A stretch of DNA of 61,165 nucleotides, taken from the IMG/VR virus record IMGVR_UViG_3300042478_002789, positions 1-61,165 of that record; one strand, 5' to 3'. Every line of letters begins with the position of its first letter. Positions within the stretch are counted from its first letter, which is position 1. Position numbers and translations under genes: made by a program. A model generated the notes under the pieces. The model searched no databases, was not told the origin of the DNA, and saw nothing but the letters and a program-made list of their open reading frames with translations. This DNA is from a virus. Its lineage: Duplodnaviria; Caudoviricetes. Below are positions 35,516 through 43,881 of the stretch, in pieces.

Positions 35516-37317
35516 AGGGCATCGAATCCGTAATGCGGGGCTACGCCGAGGGCGGCTCCGTCAATCCTTTCCAGGCGTATGCGAATACCGCCAACTACAG
35601 CCCCTTTAGCTACTTGGGACTTTTCTCGCAGCTTGCCCCGCGACCTCCCGTGCAGATCCGCACTCCGGGCAACATCCCCGGTACAGCTAACCCGCTTGCC
35701 CCTGCTGCCGGCGGCTACCGAGATGTCTACGGAAACCTGGAGGCAATCAAGGCCATCCAGGCTCTCAAACGAGCGGCAGCACCCGCTAGCACCACGGTCC
35801 CGGAAGCCCCCTCGACGCCAACAGGAGAGGGTGGAGGCAGCACGGGATTCTCTTCTACTCCGCAGGGTACTCCGGGGTCAGGCTTCAACGTGCCGGGAAA
35901 TGTCCTCGGTGTCGCGGGCCTACTTGCTGGCATACCGGGAGCGGGCGCGCTTGGGTCGGCGCTGGGGATACAGGCAGCCAACGACTATCTGGCGGCAATG
36001 GGGTTGTCTCGCGACGTGTCTACTCTTGAAGCCCTTAAGAGCGGTTTGTCGTTTGGTTTTTTCGGCCAGTCTCCGCAAACGCAAGCCGACGAAATAATTG
36101 GACGAGCTTTGGAACAGGGGCTTCTCGATCCCGACGTAATCGATTTCGTAAACGAAAAGTTAGCTGGGCCCACCGTTGCCGAGCAGTATGGGGCGCAGGT
36201 GGCATCCGGGGAGAGGTCTGCTTCGGGCGCTTTCTTCGATGCCATCAACGATCTGAATACTGTCGGAAGGTTGTCCGAAGTTTTTGACGCCATTGACAAG
36301 CCAGCAAGGGAGCAGGCAGAGAGAACGCAGGGTCTGGAAAAAGCAATCGAGACATTGGCGGCAGGGGAAGCAGCGCTGGGAGGGGTGGACAATACCTTTG
36401 GTGGCCCGGGCGGGCGCGCAACCGACGCAGCCCCCACCTTTGGCGGCGTCTCGGATTTGGACATCGCCGCTGCCAATGAAGCTGCGGCAACTACCACTGC
36501 TCCTAGTCCGACAGACTTAGGTCTTCCGGGATTCGGTCCCGAGAATCCCGTGGGACTTGGCGTTGCGCTCGCACCTGAAGTTGCCACTACGACTCCTGTA
36601 ACCGAAGTGACGACGGCTCCCGAAGTGGCACCCGCTGTCAACGCTGGACTTGCGGCTGCAATTTCGACCCCGTCTGTCGAAGTTCCTACGGAAGCTCCCG
36701 CTGTCCCGGGTTCCCCCACCTCCACTCCGGGCCCCACAGAACTCGGCCTTCCGGGATTCGGCACTATCGAAGATCCCTCAACTGTTGCGGACGTTTCTGT
36801 GGATTCCAGTGAAAGTGAGGGTGAGGGTGAAGGCGGTGGTGAAGGTGAGGGTGAAGGCGGTGGTGAAGGTGAAGGGGGCGGCGGCGAAGGTGAAGGGGGC
36901 GGCGGCGAAGGCGGAGAGGGTGGCGGTGGTGAAGGTGGAGAAGGCGGGGGCGGAGGCGGCGAAGGTGGTTGGGCCGAGGGCGGTTCCGTTCGCCTCTTCG
37001 ACATCTCCCATCTGCTAGACTACCTGCGCCAGCGCCAGTTTGGTGCCGGGGGCTACGTCCCCGGTGGGAGCGGCGGCATGGATGACGATGTGCCCGCCAT
37101 CATCGATGGGAAGGGGCCGGCGCGGCTCTCTTCCGGGGAGTTCGTCTTCGATGCCGCCACGGTAGCGGCGCTGGGGGATGGCAACAACCAGGCGGGTGCC
37201 CGCAAGCTCAACCAACTCCGCGAGGCAATTCGCCAGAAGGCCTACGGCCACAAGAGGCAGCCGCCCAAGAACTACAGCGTGGGCGACCTGGTGCGCCTGT
37301 ATGATCGTCGTCGCTAA
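35512..37317 (+). CDS. Internal virion/ejection protein with a Gly-Glu tract
   Basis: GE/G low-complexity at about 36810-36970; C-terminal DDVPA..ARLSSGEFV. Confidence 0.7.
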   Translation: MKGIESVMRGYAEGGSVNPFQAYANTANYSPFSYLGLFSQLAPRPPVQIRTPGNIPGTANPLAPAAGGYRDVYGNLEAIKAIQALKRAAAPASTTVPEAPSTPTGEGGGSTGFSSTPQGTPGSGFNVPGNVLGVAGLLAGIPGAGALGSALGIQAANDYLAAMGLSRDVSTLEALKSGLSFGFFGQSPQTQADEIIGRALEQGLLDPDVIDFVNEKLAGPTVAEQYGAQVASGERSASGAFFDAINDLNTVGRLSEVFDAIDKPAREQAERTQGLEKAIETLAAGEAALGGVDNTFGGPGGRATDAAPTFGGVSDLDIAAANEAAATTTAPSPTDLGLPGFGPENPVGLGVALAPEVATTTPVTEVTTAPEVAPAVNAGLAAAISTPSVEVPTEAPAVPGSPTSTPGPTELGLPGFGTIEDPSTVADVSVDSSESEGEGEGGGEGEGEGGGEGEGGGGEGEGGGGEGGEGGGGEGGEGGGGGGEGGWAEGGSVRLFDISHLLDYLRQRQFGAGGYVPGGSGGMDDDVPAIIDGKGPARLSSGEFVFDAATVAALGDGNNQAGARKLNQLREAIRQKAYGHKRQPPKNYSVGDLVRLYDRRR

Positions 37318-37738
37318 GGAGGGGGATATCCCCGCCATGGGGGCCCTCCTCGTGCAGATGCATCACGGGGTTCCCCTCAACCTGCCGCCCATCGCCCCCC
37401 ACAAGGTTGAGGCGGCCCTCCGTCACTGCATGCAGAAGGGGCGCATCTTCCTGGGCTACAGGGGGGAGAAGCTGGGCGGCATCCTGGCGGTGCAAGAGGG
37501 GGAGCATTGGTTCAGCCACGGGAGATTCCTGGCGGACCTCGTCTTCTACGTGGCCCCATGCGCCCGCGCTTCCCGCATCGCTTCCCACCTGTTGCGGGCA
37601 GCTTCCGAGTATGCTACAATGAGGGGCCTTCCCCTCCTCATGGCAGTGGTGAATGGCGAGGACGTGGAGCGCAAAGATAAGTTTTACGCTCGGCATGGTT
37701 TCACCCGAATCGGTGGCGTATACAACAGGGGTTTCTGA
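37301..37738 (+). CDS. GNAT acetyltransferase-like protein
   Basis: FYV.P.AR...IA..LL, FY.RHGF..IGG. Confidence 0.75.
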   Translation: MIVVAKEGDIPAMGALLVQMHHGVPLNLPPIAPHKVEAALRHCMQKGRIFLGYRGEKLGGILAVQEGEHWFSHGRFLADLVFYVAPCARASRIASHLLRAASEYATMRGLPLLMAVVNGEDVERKDKFYARHGFTRIGGVYNRGF

Positions 37739-38622
37739 TGTCTTTCCTTTGTACCTCGACCACCACGACCCAGCCGACCACAAGCGTCCAGACGCAGCAG
37801 ATCCCCGCGTGGTACGAGGAGGCACTCCAGCGCCTCGTGGGTGCAGGTGAGGCGGAGACGGCTGCCCGCCCCTACCAGTATTACGCCCCCGAGGAGCGCG
37901 TCGCCCAGCTTTCCCCCACCGAGGAAGCCACTATCGCGCAGACCCCGATGGCCGCCGGGGCCTACATGCCGGGGCTCTCCTCTGCGTACCAGAGCGCCGC
38001 GATGGGCTCCCGTGGGGTGGGAGATGTCGACTACTCCCAGTACATGAACCCCTACACCCAGTACGTCACGGACATCGCCAAGCGCGAGGCCCTCCGCGAC
38101 TACGGCAAGATGCTCCCCCAGATGGGCTTCCAGGCCAGCAGGCAGGGTGCCTTCGGCGGGGCGCGCTACGGGGTGCAGGAGGCTGAAGCGGAGCGCAACC
38201 TGGGCCAGCTTCTCTCGGACATCGAAACCAAGGGGCTGGAGAGGGCATTCACGGCGGGCACCGGACTGCAGCAGCAGGAGGCTCAAAGGCAGTTGCAAGC
38301 TTCCCAGCTTTTTGGCAATATCGGGGAACAGGCCCAGCGCTTGGGATTGGGTGGCCTCCAGGCCATCATGACCTCGCAGGCCCTCCCGCGCCAACTGGAG
38401 CAGCAGCAGCGTGACCTCGCCTACCAGGAATACCTACGCGGCCAGCAGTATGGGATGGGCCAGCTTGGGCAACTCAGCGGAATCATCCGAGGGGTTCAGC
38501 CCGGCGGCACTACCACGACGCAGCAGCAGACCCTCGTCCCGCAGATGTCGCCGCTGCAGACTGCTGCCGGCCTTGGCCTCACTGGCGCTAGTATTTACAA
38601 CCTGCTGGGTTACGCCAAGTAA
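37738..38622 (+). CDS. Ejection (pilot) protein
   Basis: YMNPY, GAFGGAR; Gln/Gly-rich. Confidence 0.7.
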   Translation: MSFLCTSTTTTQPTTSVQTQQIPAWYEEALQRLVGAGEAETAARPYQYYAPEERVAQLSPTEEATIAQTPMAAGAYMPGLSSAYQSAAMGSRGVGDVDYSQYMNPYTQYVTDIAKREALRDYGKMLPQMGFQASRQGAFGGARYGVQEAEAERNLGQLLSDIETKGLERAFTAGTGLQQQEAQRQLQASQLFGNIGEQAQRLGLGGLQAIMTSQALPRQLEQQQRDLAYQEYLRGQQYGMGQLGQLSGIIRGVQPGGTTTTQQQTLVPQMSPLQTAAGLGLTGASIYNLLGYAK

Positions 38623-38626
38623 AGCC

Positions 38627-39295
38627 ATGGACGAGAACCCCCTGCGCGAACACGTTGATCTGGAATACCAGAACCACCCCGAGGTGCAGCGCAACCTGCT
38701 CATCGAGGCGGCGGTGTCGCGGGGCCTGCCCCCCAACTTCCTCATCAATCTTGCGGGGATTGAATCCGCAAACGAGGAGAACCCGCGCACAGCCACGGGC
38801 AAGAAGGAGTTGGAGGGGGGCGGGCGCGCCCGGGGCATCCTGCAGTTCATTCCGTCGACGGCAGCCGCATACAAGATTGACCCGCTCAACGTGAAGCAGT
38901 CTGCCGATGCCGCCGCCGACATGGCCGCCAAGAACCTTGTGCGACTGCGCCGCAACTTCCCCAAGATGAGCGAGAGCGAACTCCTGCACCTCGCGGGGGT
39001 CGCGCACCACAGCGGGATGGGCAACGTGATGCAGGCTCGGGGTGTCCCCCAGAAGCCCTATGCCCTCGACTATTCCAAGAAGCTGCGCGCCGCCACCGAG
39101 AGGGACAAGCGTACCCTGCGCGACGCCATCAATTTTCCGGTGCCCCCCGAGGTCAAGAATCCGAAGCCCGCGCGCCCCTCTGGGGCCGCCTCCCAGCCCA
39201 TGCGCAAGGGCAGCTTGGACATCTACGACATCCAGCAGATGTTCAGCAATGTCGGGGAATACCCGCCCGGCGTCGATATGTTCTCCCGAGGTTGA
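38627..39295 (+). CDS. Virion-associated lytic transglycosylase (SLT)
   Basis: IES catalytic Glu; ARGILQFIPSTA; AHHSG. Confidence 0.8.
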   Translation: MDENPLREHVDLEYQNHPEVQRNLLIEAAVSRGLPPNFLINLAGIESANEENPRTATGKKELEGGGRARGILQFIPSTAAAYKIDPLNVKQSADAAADMAAKNLVRLRRNFPKMSESELLHLAGVAHHSGMGNVMQARGVPQKPYALDYSKKLRAATERDKRTLRDAINFPVPPEVKNPKPARPSGAASQPMRKGSLDIYDIQQMFSNVGEYPPGVDMFSRG

Positions 39296-39297
39296 CC

Positions 39298-40536
39298 ATG
39301 GACATTACGGCACTTTCCGACGACCAGCTTCGCGAATTTCATGGGCTTGCCCGCAGGGGACTTCCTCAGTCTTCCGGGTACGGCATGCGGGAACTGGCCG
39401 CCGAGATTATTCGTCGACGCGAAATTGGAGAGGGAGCGGCTGCTGCTTCCCCTTCGCCGTTTCCTTCGGGACCTGAAATCACGCAGTCCATCGCTAGGCC
39501 TCGGCCTCCCGGTTTCCCCCCGGTTCAATCCATGGGCGGGGATGTCGTGCCTCCGGTTATCGCTGATACCACGCAGCCGCCGGGCGGAAGCGCCACTCCT
39601 GGGGATAGGTCGAGGCCTCCCCCTGCGGCACCCAATCCCTACGATGCCATGATCCGCAGCCTGCTGCGGCCTTCGGGTGGCGGTGGGAGCCCCATCCCCA
39701 AGATTGATCGCATCGACGTAAAGGAGTTGACCTCCAAGTTCCCGGAGATCCCGGAGAGGGAGAAGGGCGAGGTCTACAAGTCCGACCCCTACATGACGAT
39801 GCTGCAGACGGGCCTTCGCATCCTGGCGGCCAAGCCGGAGTTGGGTCGCAGCGGCCTCAACGTTATCTCGGAGCCCCTCGCCAAGGGTGTCGAGCAGTAC
39901 CGGGGCGAGAAGGAGAAGGAGCGGGCTTCGCGTCAGGAGGAAGCCAAGGAATCGCGGGCTGATCTCTACCGCCGCCAGGAAAGCGCGAAGGGGACTGCCG
40001 CCCTCTCCCTGCAGGCTCTGGGGCTTAACCAGAGCGCCTCCTACAATGAAGCCAAGCTGGCGCAAGAGCGAGCCCAGCACGGTGAGACTGCCGCCCTCAA
40101 GCGCCTTGAGCTTGCCGTCAATATGCAGAACAGGCAGAGCGAGGACAACCTTCGGCAGGCGCAGGCTGAATACTATCGAAGCCGAAACCCCGAAGTTATT
40201 CTGCGGGCGGTTGCTCCTTTCGAGGATCGCCAAGCGCAAATTGCGCGCGAACTCGGTCGCTCCAATCTCACCCCGGAGCAGAAGGCTACCCTTGAGAACG
40301 AACGAGAGAGGAATGCCCGGTCCATCAGCTTCCTCCAGGGTACCCTGCGCGAGGAGACGCGGGCCGGCACTGCCCTCGATTCCGCCCAGATCCGAGGCCT
40401 CTTCTCAATTTACCAGCGAGGCGTGGGCAACCCATTGGCCCAGAATGACCCAGAGTACCAAAGGGCGGTTACCGCGTTGCGCCGAATGGGTCTGCTTCCT
40501 GAGACGCCGGATCCCAACGCCTCTCTTCCCAGGTAA
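39298..40536 (+). CDS. Ejection protein (putative)
   Basis: Pro-rich linker and coiled-coil; position. Confidence 0.6.
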   Translation: MDITALSDDQLREFHGLARRGLPQSSGYGMRELAAEIIRRREIGEGAAAASPSPFPSGPEITQSIARPRPPGFPPVQSMGGDVVPPVIADTTQPPGGSATPGDRSRPPPAAPNPYDAMIRSLLRPSGGGGSPIPKIDRIDVKELTSKFPEIPEREKGEVYKSDPYMTMLQTGLRILAAKPELGRSGLNVISEPLAKGVEQYRGEKEKERASRQEEAKESRADLYRRQESAKGTAALSLQALGLNQSASYNEAKLAQERAQHGETAALKRLELAVNMQNRQSEDNLRQAQAEYYRSRNPEVILRAVAPFEDRQAQIARELGRSNLTPEQKATLENERERNARSISFLQGTLREETRAGTALDSAQIRGLFSIYQRGVGNPLAQNDPEYQRAVTALRRMGLLPETPDPNASLPR

Positions 40537-40542
40537 TCCGAT

Positions 40543-43500
40543 ATGGTGGATTTCGTCAAGGCTGAATTTGACGACAAGCTCGGCCAATGGGTAGCAGCCA
40601 CCGGCAGGCCGGGCGCGCGCGTTGCCGAGTTCGACGGCGAGAAGTGGGCTGAGACCGGCAGGAATCCCGAGCCGGGGGCCCTCTCCCGTGGTATTACCAC
40701 CGGGGTGGAAACTACCAAGGGGCTCCTCTCGGAGGCGCTGCCCGCCCTTGTCCAGAGTGCCTTTGGGTACGATGAGGCTGCCCAGAAGAACCTCCTTGAG
40801 TACCAGGAGCGCCTGAAGAAGCTGCAGGAGTCTGGGCTGGGCAGCCGGGTGGGCCTGGAGGACATCAAGGATGTCGGGTCCTTCTTCTCCTTCCTGGGCG
40901 AGAGCGTGGGCGAGGGCGCGGTGAGCCTGCTTACCGCCGCCATTCCGGGCGTGGGCCTGGGGGCCGCCGGTGCTTCCACGGTGGGACGAGCCGCTGTGTC
41001 GCGCGCCGCCGGAAAAGTGGCATCCACCGCCGCTGAGACTGCCGCCAAGGAGATTGCCAAGAGGGAAGCTGCCGGTATCGCCGTTGACGCGGGTACGCGC
41101 GCCGCCATCGAGAAGGCTGCTTTGGAAGCCGCGCCCGCCCTCATCGGCAGGAACTGGGGGCAGATGGCCGGGTTGGCCCTGGGCTCCGCCGCCCAGAATA
41201 TGCCGGAGACCTTCGCCAAGATCTACACCGAGACGGGCGAGATGCGGCCCGAGGTGGCGACGCTGGTGGGCGGCCTCAAGTCCTCCCTCGACATACTGGG
41301 TCCCCTCCAACTCATCAAGAAGACGCGGGGCATCGACTTCTCCGAGAAGCTCTCCGATGTGCTGGCGGGCCGCCTCCTCAAGGGAATGCCGGGTACGGCG
41401 GGGGCCATCGGCGGTCTCCTCGAATCCGCCGCCCTCGAAGGTCTCACCGAGGGTACCCAGGAGCTAATTGACCAGCTTGCCGTTGCCACGCTGGCGGACA
41501 AGTCCATCAACTGGAAGGACATCGCGCAAGCCTCCCTCAAGGGTGCCTTCGGTACCGCCGTGCCCGGCGCGGCTGCTGGCTTCGTTGGGCAAAGGGCGAA
41601 GGCCCGCGAGGCCGCCCAGTTGGGGGAGATGCGCGGGGAGCAGCAGGCCGAAGAGCAGCGCCAAGTGGAGTTGCAGGAGCGCTATGCCCTCTTGGGTGAG
41701 GAGCCGCCCGCCGGCCCCAACTTCCAAAGGGATGCTGTTTCCCTCCTGCGCCGCAGCAAACCCAACGTGCCCTTTACCGACGAGGGCCGAGTGGATTTGG
41801 AGGCGGCGGAGAAGTACGCCGAGGAGAACCTCCCGCCCTCGCAGCGCAAGGCGTATCTCAAGCAGATGCGCAAATTGGACCTGGAGGCCCAGGACCAAGT
41901 CTTCCTGTATGTGAAGGACCAGGAAGCCAAGAAGGTCGCGGCGGAGCAAGAGACCACCCGGCGGGGAGAGGCGCGCCGCGCCGATGAGGCCCAGCGGGCT
42001 TCTGACGCCGATATCATCCAGCAGGGTAACGCCGATACCTCCCTGCTGCGCGACCCCGCTTTCCGCCAGCAGTTCGACGAGGCGCGGCAGCGCGAGACCC
42101 AGCGACGCACCCAGGAGCGCACGGAGCGCTTGGCCGACGAAGAGATGTTGGCCGGTTTGGGCTTCGGGGATTTCCCGCCCCGCGCCACCCCCCTGCAGAC
42201 GGAGAGGGCCCAGGTCCCCGAGGATGTCCGTGATGCCCTCCTGGATGCGGGGTATAGGTTAGATCAGATTGCCCAGATGGGCCCCGATGTTGCCCGCAAC
42301 ATCGTACTGAATCTCCGTAGGGAAGAAGGGGCACAGGTTGCCGAGAGGGCACCCAAGCTGCAGTCGTGGGTACGCAAGGAAGTCGAGGACTACCTTGGGG
42401 AGCTTAAGGCGGGCCAGCGCGTCTCCCTTCCTGTCATGCAGCAGCGCCTCAAGGATGCGGGACTCGATGCTTCCAAGCGGGATGTCATCGATATTCTTGC
42501 GCAGTATGCTCCGGGGGCGGAATCGTATGTGCCGGTGGACGCTCAGTTCCGCCTTGGCCGAGTGCAGGGGGAAGACGGAGTATTCGTCAAGCAGGTGGGT
42601 ACGCCCTCCGTCACCCCAGTTCGGCAGCAGATCGGGGAGCCCACGGGGGTTCCGACCAAGGGTGGCTTCGAGGGCGTAACGCTGGGCACCGAGGTGTCGC
42701 GCCCCGTCACCCCGTTGCAGGGCACCCTGCAGAATCCCCCAGCGGGGCTTACCCCGCAGCAATACGAGGCGATGCGCAACCGCGTCATTCGCATGGACCC
42801 CAAGAAGATCCTGACCAAGAAGGATCTGGATGCCGCAGGGGGCCCGGGGGTTGAACTCACCCAGCAGCAGGCCAAGGACATCTGGGAAGCCCTCTCTTCC
42901 AACGGGGATGTGAAGCGCGCCGGGCTGGGTTTCCGCGTCAACCCCGAAGCGGAGTTGTCCACCCAGTTTAGGGACGAGGGCAGCCCGCGCACCGACAGGC
43001 CCACCGAGGTCACCGGGCAGGAACTCCTCGACAAGGGCACCCGCAACAAGCTATATGGTCTGGGGTATACCCGCGAGGACATTGGCGGGATGTCCCCCGA
43101 GGAAGCGCGGGACGTGGCGGATCGCCGCGAGAAGAAGCCCCCCGCTACTCCAGCTTCGGCGCGAAATGAACCTTCCGGTACCCAAGCTTCCCTGAAGCCC
43201 GCCGAAGCCGGGATCCCCCAAGCCATGTCCTCTTCGCTGAGGAGCAAGCCCACCCTGGAGTCTGTTGGGTGGTACCAGGACAACCCGGGGTTGCGCGGAA
43301 ACCAGCGGTGGGTTACGGACAAGCAAGCCCAGGCCGAAGCTTCTGATCCCCAGCGAGCCCTCGTCGGTTCCATTACGGCCAAGTTCCAAAAGAGCGTACC
43401 CATCCCCACCGAAATGCTGGCATCCATCCCCGGAGCGCGCGGAGAGCAGAGGCGCAAGGGGGAAAGCCAGTATGACGCCTTGGTCCGGAAGGTCACCAAG

Positions 43501-43878
43501 AAAGGTTGGGATCCGTCCAACCCCATCACCATTGACGTAAATCATCGAGGCGAGCCCTATATCTACGAGGGTAACACCCGGGTGGCGGTAGCCCGCGACA
43601 AAGGGATCCCCGAAGTCCTTGCCGATATACGCTGGCTCAACGGCGGCGAGATGGCCGAGGGAGATTGGACTCCCGCCAAGGTTCTGGAAAAGATCGGAAG
43701 CAAGCCCACCGAAACTGGGCAGAAGGCCGCCATCTCTGCTATGTTTCCTGACCTTGACAAAATGAATGTGCCCAAGGGCAGCAAGGAAGTAGCCGACGCC
43801 GCCACCAAGCTGGAAGCGGAAATCAACAGGCAGGTGGAGATGGGGGAGCCCGCCACCAAACCCTACGATTGCAGGTAA
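40543..43878 (+). CDS. Large internal virion protein with a C-terminal ParB/Srx-like domain
   Basis: EGLTEGTQE motif; PITIDV...IYEGNTRVAVA. Confidence 0.7.
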   Translation: MVDFVKAEFDDKLGQWVAATGRPGARVAEFDGEKWAETGRNPEPGALSRGITTGVETTKGLLSEALPALVQSAFGYDEAAQKNLLEYQERLKKLQESGLGSRVGLEDIKDVGSFFSFLGESVGEGAVSLLTAAIPGVGLGAAGASTVGRAAVSRAAGKVASTAAETAAKEIAKREAAGIAVDAGTRAAIEKAALEAAPALIGRNWGQMAGLALGSAAQNMPETFAKIYTETGEMRPEVATLVGGLKSSLDILGPLQLIKKTRGIDFSEKLSDVLAGRLLKGMPGTAGAIGGLLESAALEGLTEGTQELIDQLAVATLADKSINWKDIAQASLKGAFGTAVPGAAAGFVGQRAKAREAAQLGEMRGEQQAEEQRQVELQERYALLGEEPPAGPNFQRDAVSLLRRSKPNVPFTDEGRVDLEAAEKYAEENLPPSQRKAYLKQMRKLDLEAQDQVFLYVKDQEAKKVAAEQETTRRGEARRADEAQRASDADIIQQGNADTSLLRDPAFRQQFDEARQRETQRRTQERTERLADEEMLAGLGFGDFPPRATPLQTERAQVPEDVRDALLDAGYRLDQIAQMGPDVARNIVLNLRREEGAQVAERAPKLQSWVRKEVEDYLGELKAGQRVSLPVMQQRLKDAGLDASKRDVIDILAQYAPGAESYVPVDAQFRLGRVQGEDGVFVKQVGTPSVTPVRQQIGEPTGVPTKGGFEGVTLGTEVSRPVTPLQGTLQNPPAGLTPQQYEAMRNRVIRMDPKKILTKKDLDAAGGPGVELTQQQAKDIWEALSSNGDVKRAGLGFRVNPEAELSTQFRDEGSPRTDRPTEVTGQELLDKGTRNKLYGLGYTREDIGGMSPEEARDVADRREKKPPATPASARNEPSGTQASLKPAEAGIPQAMSSSLRSKPTLESVGWYQDNPGLRGNQRWVTDKQAQAEASDPQRALVGSITAKFQKSVPIPTEMLASIPGARGEQRRKGESQYDALVRKVTKKGWDPSNPITIDVNHRGEPYIYEGNTRVAVARDKGIPEVLADIRWLNGGEMAEGDWTPAKVLEKIGSKPTETGQKAAISAMFPDLDKMNVPKGSKEVADAATKLEAEINRQVEMGEPATKPYDCR

Positions 43879-43881
43879 GAG

